From: an uncultured Clostridia bacterium
Lineage (GTDB): Bacteria; Bacillota; Clostridia; Christensenellales; Borkfalkiaceae
Length of the DNA: 55,271 bases
NCBI GenBank assembly: GCA_944363555.1
Contig: CALVUL010000020.1
Location: 1-55,271, forward strand
Reading direction: 5' to 3'
Shown: positions 11,597-19,639 of the stretch, piece after piece
Layout: the number at the start of each line of letters is the position of its first letter
How positions within the stretch are numbered: position 1 is the stretch's first letter
Notes under the pieces: generated by a model
Database searches by the model: none
What the model was told of the DNA's origin: nothing
Seen by the model: the letters and a program-made list of their open reading frames with translations, nothing else
Translations under genes and position numbers: made by a program

Positions 11597-11745
11597 GGAT
11601 TTTCGAGCAGTTTTAACGGCGCGGGCGAAAATTGCCGCGCCGCCGGCGGCCGCGGGACGCGCCCCGCGATTTCCCCCGCGCCGCTTTACGCGCGTAAATT
11701 TCCGTAATTTGTTTAAAATTTACCGTTTCTTTACCCCCTGCGCGG

Positions 11746-11774
11746 TTGACAAATTTCCGCTTGTATTGTATCAT
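11746..11774 (+). promoter_or_regulatory. SigA-type promoter for the P-type ATPase
   Basis: TTGACA (11746-11751), a 17-nt spacer ending in TG, then TATCAT (11769-11774). Confidence 0.5.
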
Positions 11775-11809
11775 AAAAGAAAATTTTTTTCAGGAGGGTT
11801 GTTGTACAA

Positions 11810-14458
11810 TTGACACCTTACGGCAAAAAGGCGGAAGACGTTTTAAAAGATCTTAACGTAACCGCCGAAAGCGGTCTGAGCGCGGAAGAAGTCCTTGCGC
11901 GCAGGGCGCAGTACGGGGAAAACCGGCTGCGGGAAAAGAAGAAAAAGAGCCTTGCGGCGCGGTTCTTCGAGCAGTTCAAAGACGTGATGATCGTCATCCT
12001 GCTGCTGGCGGCGGTGATCTCCTTCGTCATCGCCTGCGTGGAGGGCGATCCAAAGGAATTTATCGAGCCGGCGCTCATCCTGCTCATCGTCATCCTGAAC
12101 GCCGTCATCGGCGTGGCGCAGGAAAGTAAGGCGGAAAAGGCGCTCGAAGCGCTGAAAAACATGTCCGCGCCCCACGCCCGCGTCATCCGCGGCGGCAAGG
12201 AAAGCCTCGTCAATTCCGCGGAGATCGTGCCGGGCGACATCATCCGGCTGGAAGCCGGCGACTTCGTTCCCGCGGACGCGCGCCTTTTAAAGAGCGTCAA
12301 TCTGAAATCGGAGGAATCCGCCCTCACCGGCGAATCGGTTCCCGCCGAAAAGAACGCGCTGGCGGAAATCGACGAAAACGCGCCTTTGGGCGATCGGAGC
12401 AACATGGTGTATTCCGGCTGCTCGATCACCTACGGCACGGCGACCGCCGTCGTAACCGGCACGGGCATGCAGACGGAAATGGGCAAGATCGCCGACCTTC
12501 TGAGCGGCGAAAAAGAGACCGCCACGCCCCTGCAGCAGAAACTCGCCAAACTCGGCAAACTTTTGGGCTTTATGGCTCTGGCGGCTTGCGTGATCATCTT
12601 CATCGTCGGTCTCATCGACAAGATGCCCGTGATGGAAATGTTCATGACGGCGGTCTCGCTGGCGGTTTCCGCCATTCCCGAAGGGCTGCCGGCGATCGTA
12701 ACCATCGTCCTTTCCATCGGCGTTACCCGTATGGTGAAGAAAAATGCCATCATCAAGCGGCTGCCCGCCGTGGAGACACTCGGCAGCGCGTCGGTCATCT
12801 GTTCGGATAAGACGGGCACGCTGACGCAAAACCGCATGACGCTCGTCAAAGCATACGCGGACGGCGGCGAGATCGCGGACATCACCGACGACAACGACGC
12901 CGTCGTGAAAAAACTCCTCGTCTACGGCACGCTGTGTTCCGACGGTTCGGTAACCGTAAACGAAAACGGCGAACAGCAGCACATCGGCGACCCGACGGAA
13001 ACCTCCATCGTCTACGCGGCGCTCCGCAACGGCTACGAAAAAGCCGACCTCAACGCGAAATACAGGCGCGTTGCGGAACTGCCCTTCGATTCCGACCGCA
13101 AACTGATGACGACGGTCAACGAAATGGACGGCAAATACGTGGTCATCACCAAAGGCGCGTGCGACATCCTCTTTGAAAGATGCATAAAAGGCGACGTCGA
13201 AAAGGCGCGCCGGATCAACGAAGAGATGAGCAAAAACGCCCTCCGCGTGCTGGCGGTGGCGTATAAGGTCCTCGACAAGGCGCCTGAGGACGTTTCCTTC
13301 GATTCCCTCGAAAACGGCCTGACCTTCATGGGGCTCGTCGGCATGATCGATCCCCCGCGCCCCGAAGCGAAAGAGGCGGTGGCGCTCTGCCGCAAGGCGG
13401 GCATCAAACCCGTCATGATCACGGGCGACCACGTGGTTACGGCGTCCGCGATCGCAAGGGAACTCGGCATCCTGACGGAAAGCGACAGGGCGATCACCGG
13501 CGCGGAACTCGACAGGATGGACGACGACGAACTCGATAAGGAAGTCGCCAACATCGCGGTATACGCCCGCGTATCCCCCGAAAACAAGATCCGCATCGTG
13601 AAGGCTTGGCAGAAACGCGGGCAGGTGGTCTCCATGACGGGCGACGGCGTGAACGACGCTCCCGCGCTCAAAGCGGCGGACATCGGCTGCGCGATGGGCA
13701 TCACGGGGACGGACGTCGCCAAAGGCGCGGCGGATATGACGCTCACCGACGACAATTTCGCCACCATCGTGGACGCGGTCAAGGAAGGCCGCGGCATCTA
13801 CGCCAACATCAAAAAAGTGGTAGGATACCTGCTCGGCACGAATATCGGCGAGGTGCTCACGGTGTTCTTCGCCATGGTCATCTGGCAGATCTCCCCGTTT
13901 ATTTCCATTCAGCTTTTGTGGATCAACCTCGTTACCGACTCTCTGCCCGCCATCGCCCTCGGCATGGAAAAGGTGGAAAGCGACGTGATGAACCGGCCGC
14001 CCAAACCGAAAAACGAAGGCATCTTCGCCCACGGGCTGGGCATCAAAGTGGTCATACAGGGCGTGATGTTCGCCGCGCTCACCATCGGCGCGCTGCACCT
14101 CGGCAGATATTTCGGCGCCGTCGCGGGCATGAGCGAAGCGGACTGCGAGGCGGCGGGCTCCACGCTGGCGTTCATGGTGCTGGCGCTGTGTCAGGTGGTG
14201 CAGGCGTACAACATGCGCTCTTCCCACTCCATCTTCAAAATCGGCATGTTCGGCAACAGGATGCTCAACCTCGCCGCCGTCGTGTCTTTGGTGCTGGTGG
14301 CGTTCGTGCTCTTCGTGCCCGGCGTGAACGAAGCCTTCGGCATGGTTTATCTGCCGCAGTGGTGGGCGTACCTCGTCGGGCTGGGTTTGGCGCTCGTTCC
14401 CGTGCCGGTCATGGAAATCAGCAAAGCCGCGGGGCTCATCAAAAAACATCATCACTGA
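11810..14458 (+). CDS. P-type cation-transporting ATPase (Ca2+-ATPase, type IIA-like)
   Basis: 882 aa. Phosphorylation motif CSDKTGTLTQN, TGES actuator motif (LTGESVP), hinge TGDGVNDAPALK, and 10 TM segments. TTG start follows CAGGAGGG. Confidence 0.9.
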   Translation: MTPYGKKAEDVLKDLNVTAESGLSAEEVLARRAQYGENRLREKKKKSLAARFFEQFKDVMIVILLLAAVISFVIACVEGDPKEFIEPALILLIVILNAVIGVAQESKAEKALEALKNMSAPHARVIRGGKESLVNSAEIVPGDIIRLEAGDFVPADARLLKSVNLKSEESALTGESVPAEKNALAEIDENAPLGDRSNMVYSGCSITYGTATAVVTGTGMQTEMGKIADLLSGEKETATPLQQKLAKLGKLLGFMALAACVIIFIVGLIDKMPVMEMFMTAVSLAVSAIPEGLPAIVTIVLSIGVTRMVKKNAIIKRLPAVETLGSASVICSDKTGTLTQNRMTLVKAYADGGEIADITDDNDAVVKKLLVYGTLCSDGSVTVNENGEQQHIGDPTETSIVYAALRNGYEKADLNAKYRRVAELPFDSDRKLMTTVNEMDGKYVVITKGACDILFERCIKGDVEKARRINEEMSKNALRVLAVAYKVLDKAPEDVSFDSLENGLTFMGLVGMIDPPRPEAKEAVALCRKAGIKPVMITGDHVVTASAIARELGILTESDRAITGAELDRMDDDELDKEVANIAVYARVSPENKIRIVKAWQKRGQVVSMTGDGVNDAPALKAADIGCAMGITGTDVAKGAADMTLTDDNFATIVDAVKEGRGIYANIKKVVGYLLGTNIGEVLTVFFAMVIWQISPFISIQLLWINLVTDSLPAIALGMEKVESDVMNRPPKPKNEGIFAHGLGIKVVIQGVMFAALTIGALHLGRYFGAVAGMSEADCEAAGSTLAFMVLALCQVVQAYNMRSSHSIFKIGMFGNRMLNLAAVVSLVLVAFVLFVPGVNEAFGMVYLPQWWAYLVGLGLALVPVPVMEISKAAGLIKKHHH

Positions 14459-14481
14459 TCGCGCTCCGGCGTGATCGCAAA

Positions 14482-14516
14482 ACGGCGGCGTCCGCGCGGA
14501 CGCCGCCGTTTTTTTT
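14482..14516 (+). terminator. Rho-independent terminator of the ATPase gene
   Basis: ACGGCGGCGTCCG/CGGACGCCGCCGT stem followed by T8. Confidence 0.75.
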
Positions 14517-14529
14517 ATCGGAAAAAGCC

Positions 14530-14571
14530 CGAAAAAGACTTCCGGCGCGGAAAATTTTTCCGCGCCGGAAG
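14530..14571 (-). terminator. Rho-independent terminator of the BFD-like gene
   Basis: 16-bp palindrome CTTCCGGCGCGGAAAA/TTTTCCGCGCCGGAAG (14539-14571). On the minus strand it is followed by TCTTTTTC. Confidence 0.6.
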
Positions 14572-14682
14572 GTTCGCCGAAATATATCCTGTTCGCCAAA
14601 ACATATCATGGCGGATCATTTCGTTGTTTCTGCCCGCCGCGCCCGATTTTGCCCGCCGCGCACAGAAAACGACCGTTCTTCG

Positions 14683-14880
14683 TCAGCCCATCATGATTTC
14701 GGAGATGACGCCCAGCACCTTGTCGTGGCAGCCGCCGCACCCCGTGGAGCACTGCGTGATCTTCTGCACCTCGTCGAAGAGCGAAAGCACGTCCTCAAAC
14801 TTGTCGTGCCCTTCCAGCGCGTCGGCGATGTCGTTATAACTGACCTGCTTGCAGTTGCAGACCGTGTAATTTTCCTTCAT
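14683..14880 (-). CDS. BFD-like [2Fe-2S]-binding domain protein
   Basis: 65 aa. Cys pattern VCNCKQV...CSTGCGGCH is typical of bacterioferritin-associated-ferredoxin-like domains. It has its own promoter, SD (AAAGGAGAAAA) and terminator. Confidence 0.75.
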   Translation of the reverse strand: MKENYTVCNCKQVSYNDIADALEGHDKFEDVLSLFDEVQKITQCSTGCGGCHDKVLGVISEIMMG

Positions 14881-14939
14881 CCGTTTTCTCCTTTTGCCGC
14901 GGCGGGCGACAACGCCGCCCGCCGCGCGCTTTTTTAACG

Positions 14940-14968
14940 ATTATATCGCATTTTTCCGAAATAGTCAA
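14940..14968 (-). promoter_or_regulatory. Consensus SigA promoter for the BFD-like gene
   Basis: Minus strand reads TTGACT (14968-14963), a 17-nt spacer, then TATAAT (14945-14940). Confidence 0.6.
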
Positions 14969-14989
14969 ACCAAAAGCGCGGGGACTTTT

Positions 14990-15027
14990 ATAAACGAAAG
15001 GCGGCGCGCCTGCATCCGCGCGCCGCC
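14990..15027 (-). terminator. Rho-independent terminator ending the 17-kb glycan operon
   Basis: 10-bp GC stem GGCGGCGCGC (15000-15009) / GCGCGCCGCC (15018-15027). On the minus strand it is followed by TTTCGTTTA. Confidence 0.6.
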
Positions 15028-15060
15028 GCGATACACAGCCGAAATCTTTCCGGCTCCTTT

Positions 15061-17256
15061 TCAGTCTTTGACTTCCACGATCTCGAAGGCGATCCCGCTG
15101 CCCGCTTTTCCGGCTTTCAGGGCGATGCGCGAAGGATCTTCCTCTTTCCAATGCGGGCAGAGCAGATCGGAGATCCTCACCCCCGCCTTTTCCAGCGTGC
15201 GCCCGTAAAGGACCAGCCCGCTTTCCCCCACCTTGTAGCGCGCGTCGCTTTTGAGCCCCTTCAGCCGCAGAACGAGCGATTCGTAACGGATCTGCGCGTC
15301 CACCTGTATAAAGGTAAGCAGCGCGGCGGAACGGTCCTTCAGCACCTGCAGGCAGGCGTAATAATACTTGCCGTCGGCATCCAGTTTGTAAAAATCGCCG
15401 CCGAGCACGTACTTGTCGTAAGAACGCCGCTTTTCGGTGAAGGCGCGGCAGGCGGCGATCTCCTCCCCGCTCAGTTTCGTAAGGTCGAGTTCGTAACCGA
15501 AACAGGCGAAATTCGCCGCGAGCATTCTGAAATACGGTCCGGAAGGCTTGCCGGAAGTCCCTTCCCCTTTGGAAAAGTGGTAACTCAGCGCGCAAGGCGG
15601 ATACGCCGTCGCCGCGCCGAACTGGATCTCCGTGCGGTTATACGGGTCGGTGTTGTCGGAAAGCCAGATCATCGGCTCATAGTAAAGCATCCCCAGATCG
15701 AACCTTCCGCCGCCGCCCGCGCAGCCTTCCACGAGCACGCCGAATTCTTCCGTAATGCGTTCGAGCAGCGCGTACACGCCCAGCGCGTAACGGTGGCTCG
15801 CCTCCCCCTGATTGGAAAGACAGCCGCTGCCGACTTCCGAAAGGTAGCGGTTCATATCCCACTTGACGTAAGAAATATCGTAGCGGGAAAGATACGCCGC
15901 CATCACGCCGAACACGTGATCCACCACGGCGGGGTTCGCCATGTCGAGCACGTATTGGTTTCTGCTTTCGCTGCCCTTATCGCCGTTTTGCAGCAGCCAT
16001 TCGGGGTGCGCTTTGAAGAGTTTGCTCCGCCTGCTGATCATTTCCGGCTCGAACCACAACCCGAAATTCAGCCCTTCCGCTTTCACCGCCTCCACGAGTT
16101 TTCCCAGCCCCGACGGAAAGCGGCGGGAATCGGGTTCCCAATCCCCTAAATTTTCGTTGTCCTCGTTGCGGAACCAGCCGTCGTCCAGCACGACGGTATC
16201 CGCCCCGATCTCCTTCGCCTTCTTCGCAAAGGCGCGCACCTTGTCCTCGTCCACGGTGAAATAAAAACTTTCCCACGTGTTCGCCACGACGGGGCGCGTA
16301 TCTTTGTAGCGCGGGGGGATGACGTGCTCTCTGCACAGCCTGTGGAACCGGCGGGACATCCCCCCGATCCCCTCTTCGGAAAATACGCAGACCGCCTGCG
16401 GGGTGTAAAAGGAATCGCCGTCTTTCAGCGTCCAGAAAAAGTTTTCGTCGCTGATGCCGGAAACCACGCGCACGCAGCCGTGGCAGTCGCATTCGATCTC
16501 GTTTTTGAAATTGCCGCTGTAAAGCAGGTTGAAGCCGTAACATTCGCCGGCGTCCTCCGTGGCGGAGGGGGCGCACAGCGCGAAGAACGGGTTCGCCGAA
16601 TGCCCCGTTACGCCGAAACGGGAAGAAATTTCCGCCTTTCCCTGCGTTACGGGGCGGCGGAGATTGCGCATCTCGTCCCCGGGCGCGCCCGCCACGGAAA
16701 GGAGGTCGAACCGCCCGTTATCGAAATCGAGCTGCAAACTCGCGGCTTTTTTCAGCGAAACAACGCCCCCCGAACGGTTGACGATCCGCGCGTACCGCAC
16801 GAAGGCGTCGCAGTCCTCCGCCGGCTGAAAGTACAGTTCCGCGTCGATTTTTTTGTCCCGATCCGTCAGAAGGATCTTCAGCGTCTCGCCGCCGCCGCGG
16901 ATCTTCGGCATTGCGAAATCCGCCGGCGTTTCGGGCAGGATCTCGTAGCCCGCGTAAGAAAAGCGGCACCCCGTGTAGCCGTTTTGATCGACAACGTCGC
17001 ACGCGGGCGTTCTGAAATCCCCGCTGTTCGCGCCGCTGTAAAGATAAAGCCGCGCCCCGTAGATGTATTTCAGCCCCAAATCGGCGTCGTAAGGCGCAAA
17101 ATTCAGGATCTGGGTGTTGACGAGATATTCCAGATCGCAGTCGGGAACGTCCGCGCCGTAGTAGAGGCTCTCCAAATACCCCTCTGCGATGCGGAGAATC
17201 CACGCCGTGTTGTCCGTCTTTAAGATAAATTTGCTGTCCCTGACCGTGATTGCCAT
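15061..17256 (-). CDS. GH36 alpha-galactosidase (melibiase-type), cytoplasmic
   Basis: 731 aa. GH36 hallmarks YVKWDMNR and CAGGGGRFD, and a typical N-terminus FILKTDNTAWILR. No signal peptide. Confidence 0.85.
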   Translation of the reverse strand: MAITVRDSKFILKTDNTAWILRIAEGYLESLYYGADVPDCDLEYLVNTQILNFAPYDADLGLKYIYGARLYLYSGANSGDFRTPACDVVDQNGYTGCRFSYAGYEILPETPADFAMPKIRGGGETLKILLTDRDKKIDAELYFQPAEDCDAFVRYARIVNRSGGVVSLKKAASLQLDFDNGRFDLLSVAGAPGDEMRNLRRPVTQGKAEISSRFGVTGHSANPFFALCAPSATEDAGECYGFNLLYSGNFKNEIECDCHGCVRVVSGISDENFFWTLKDGDSFYTPQAVCVFSEEGIGGMSRRFHRLCREHVIPPRYKDTRPVVANTWESFYFTVDEDKVRAFAKKAKEIGADTVVLDDGWFRNEDNENLGDWEPDSRRFPSGLGKLVEAVKAEGLNFGLWFEPEMISRRSKLFKAHPEWLLQNGDKGSESRNQYVLDMANPAVVDHVFGVMAAYLSRYDISYVKWDMNRYLSEVGSGCLSNQGEASHRYALGVYALLERITEEFGVLVEGCAGGGGRFDLGMLYYEPMIWLSDNTDPYNRTEIQFGAATAYPPCALSYHFSKGEGTSGKPSGPYFRMLAANFACFGYELDLTKLSGEEIAACRAFTEKRRSYDKYVLGGDFYKLDADGKYYYACLQVLKDRSAALLTFIQVDAQIRYESLVLRLKGLKSDARYKVGESGLVLYGRTLEKAGVRISDLLCPHWKEEDPSRIALKAGKAGSGIAFEIVEVKD

Positions 17257-17260
17257 ACCG

Positions 17261-19576
17261 TTACTTCTTTTTCGTTATGCTTAAATTTCTGATGAACAAC
17301 GTAAATTCCGTAAGACGGCGTTCCACGTTGTCGTCGAGCATCTTTCTGTCGTTCAAAACGCCGATCTTCAGCCCCGTAACGCGCTTAAAATCGAACGCCG
17401 CCGCGCGCGCCTCGTTTTCCGCGCGGTGATGCCACCAGACGGTATCCTCCGCGTTGTTGAGGCGGTTGACCGCCATATCGGTGCAGTAAACGGAAATTTC
17501 GCTTTCCGCGCCCTGCTCCGCCATATCGTAGCCCATGGGGTATTCCCCGCCCTTGCGGTCGACGAGGGAAACGGTAACGACCGCCTCGTTTTCCGAAAGG
17601 TTGCCGATTTTGCCCTCCACCCGCAGGAGGTTTTCCGCATTCATCGGGAAGGGCACGAACACGGAGGGCGCGCAGTCGTTTTCAAACTTTTCGGTGAAAA
17701 TCCCCGCGTCCCCGCCGGCGAAACGCACTTCGCACCGCGCGGGTTCGATGTTTTCCAGCGGCACCGCCTCCCTTGCGGGGGAAATGCGCTTGACAAAGGT
17801 CTTTTCCCTGCCGTTCACGGTATATTTCAAGGTGAAAAACGTGGTTTTCCGCCCGAAAGGCAGCCGCGTTTCCGCCTTATACGCGTTGCCCAGCCGCACC
17901 CGTTCCATGCCGGAAAGCGTTACCCCCTCCGCGCAGTAAACGGAAATTTTGTATTCGCCCCGCTCCGTTTCGGGCAGGACGAACACGCCGTCCTCCGCGG
18001 CGGTAACGTGGGCGGCGAGTTCGGCTTTGAGTTCCTCCGCGCCCGCGCGGTAAACGAGCGCGGCGCCGGCGGCGATTTCGTCGAAAATCGGTTTCAGCGA
18101 GGCGCGGGGATCGAGTCTGACCCCGCACTCCTTTTCCAAAGCCTTCACATGCCTGTCGAAGAGGTAAAAATATTCGTAATCCTGATTGCCTTCAAAGATC
18201 GACATCATGCGGTAGGAAGGCAAAATTTTGCCGTAATACGTTTCGGTGTACAAAAGCAGTCCGTCGCCGTTTACGCCGCCGAAAGCAATCGGTTCGTTGA
18301 GAATATCCGCGGACACGTATTGCTGCTTTTCGCTGTCGTAACGCTTGGTGAGGTTGACCGCCCAGAATAAATTGCCCGCAATATCGTACTTGTAGCGCAG
18401 CCACGGTTCGAAACGGGCGTCCGCCGCGGGGCTGTCGGTATGATAGTTCAAAATGGGGTGCCACGGCGCCATACAGCCGTACCACCAGTTCTTTTTGCCG
18501 AGGCGGCGCAGGTGCTTTTCCTCGTACACGTATTCCGGTTTGCTGTACGCGAAGAAGGTGGGGCACCACGTATCCACCTGCCCGTAGATCGGCTCTTTGT
18601 TGAACACCGTAACGACGTTGGGCAGCGCGTTCAGACTTGCCCGCACGTTTTCCTTGCCGGTGAAATCGCATTCGGCGGAAACTTCCCGCAAGATCTTGTA
18701 ATATTCGTCGTAAACGCGGGTTACCGAATGGAAACGCTCGGGGGTGGGCTCGTCGATAAACGTGATGTAAAAATACGCCTTTTTGAAAAGGTCCAGCTCC
18801 GCCGTACTCGCCTCCGCCATGGCGGTGAGGATGTCTTTTAAGAATTTTTTATCGAGCACTTCCTGATTTTTCTGGAAAATCGTATCTTCCCTGAGCGTGG
18901 TATAGTTTATGGAATAGGACGGCACTTTATCGTCCGCCGCCGCCTTTTTATAGCGTTCGACGAGATAGGGAATATCCTCCGCCCGTTCGGAAAAGGGCAG
19001 GGCGACGGAAGCCGCCGCCACGCGGTATTTCAAAAGTTCTTGATAAATCCCATCGTATTTTTCGTATTTTTCTTCCTGTGTGCCGAAGATCATATCGTCG
19101 CGCACGGCGAAGGATGACGCCGCGTGCACCTGTTCCGGTAGCGCGAAGGGGTAAATTTCGGCGGAGATCTTCGCCGAAGCCGACGCTTTTCCCTTGACGT
19201 TCAGCGTAAAGGAAAGCGTTTTCTTCCCGTAAAAACGGGGCACGGGCACCTGTATGAACAAAAATTGCGCCTCGTTCGCCCGCAGTACGTTTTCGCCGAA
19301 TTTTTCCGCGGAGGCGTTATCCACCAAAACGTCCGGATAATCGCCCGCCTCGTAATAAGAACAACTCGGCTGCGGGATGGTTACGTACCTTTCCCAGAAG
19401 ATTTCGCAGGCGGGCGCGCCGGAAACGAATACCGTTTCGTCCTCGCCGCTTGTCAAAACCGCCTGAAAGCATAAAGTTTCCCCGCGCGCCGCCGCAAGGC
19501 GGGGTTCGGGGAGATGCGCGAAGGATTCGCCTTTTTTCAGTTTATGCGAACTGCTTAAAAAACGGATTTCGATCAT
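17261..19576 (-). CDS. DUF4091 / GH123-like glycosidase, cytoplasmic paralog
   Basis: 771 aa. Shares FIDEPT (an adjacent Asp-Glu pair), WWYGCM, GNLFWAVN and GDGLLLY with the protein at 25565-27994. No signal peptide. Start moved to ATG 19576 (MIEIRF), after AAAAAAGGAA. Confidence 0.6.
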   Translation of the reverse strand: MIEIRFLSSSHKLKKGESFAHLPEPRLAAARGETLCFQAVLTSGEDETVFVSGAPACEIFWERYVTIPQPSCSYYEAGDYPDVLVDNASAEKFGENVLRANEAQFLFIQVPVPRFYGKKTLSFTLNVKGKASASAKISAEIYPFALPEQVHAASSFAVRDDMIFGTQEEKYEKYDGIYQELLKYRVAAASVALPFSERAEDIPYLVERYKKAAADDKVPSYSINYTTLREDTIFQKNQEVLDKKFLKDILTAMAEASTAELDLFKKAYFYITFIDEPTPERFHSVTRVYDEYYKILREVSAECDFTGKENVRASLNALPNVVTVFNKEPIYGQVDTWCPTFFAYSKPEYVYEEKHLRRLGKKNWWYGCMAPWHPILNYHTDSPAADARFEPWLRYKYDIAGNLFWAVNLTKRYDSEKQQYVSADILNEPIAFGGVNGDGLLLYTETYYGKILPSYRMMSIFEGNQDYEYFYLFDRHVKALEKECGVRLDPRASLKPIFDEIAAGAALVYRAGAEELKAELAAHVTAAEDGVFVLPETERGEYKISVYCAEGVTLSGMERVRLGNAYKAETRLPFGRKTTFFTLKYTVNGREKTFVKRISPAREAVPLENIEPARCEVRFAGGDAGIFTEKFENDCAPSVFVPFPMNAENLLRVEGKIGNLSENEAVVTVSLVDRKGGEYPMGYDMAEQGAESEISVYCTDMAVNRLNNAEDTVWWHHRAENEARAAAFDFKRVTGLKIGVLNDRKMLDDNVERRLTEFTLFIRNLSITKKK

Positions 19577-19639
19577 GATGAGTTCCTTTTTTATTTTTCG
19601 GGAACGGCTTTCCGCCGTTCCCGAAAACAAATTGCTTTT

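Noticed and set aside
11600-11745. GC-rich palindromes between the divergent rpsB and ATPase promoters (for example GGCGCGG...CCGCGCC and CGCGGG...CCCGCG), considered as an ncRNA or riboswitch.
   Set aside because: They lie upstream of both predicted promoters and so are probably untranscribed. They contain no conserved riboswitch blocks I recognise and are of a kind common in GC-rich spacers.
14480-14517. The repeated peptide KTAASARTPPF appears in two different track ORFs, which could suggest a repeat or CRISPR-like element.
   Set aside because: It is the same perfect palindromic terminator (AAAACGGCGGCGTCCGCGCGGACGCCGCCGTTTT) translated on both strands. It is a single copy, not a repeat array.
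12287-14599. A 770-aa minus-strand ORF, the longest non-called ORF, lying antisense to the P-type ATPase.
   Set aside because: It lies entirely antisense to a gene with unmistakable P-type ATPase motifs. Its translation is Arg/Gly/His/Asp-rich low complexity with no SD or recognisable motif. This is a typical open antisense frame of high-GC coding DNA.
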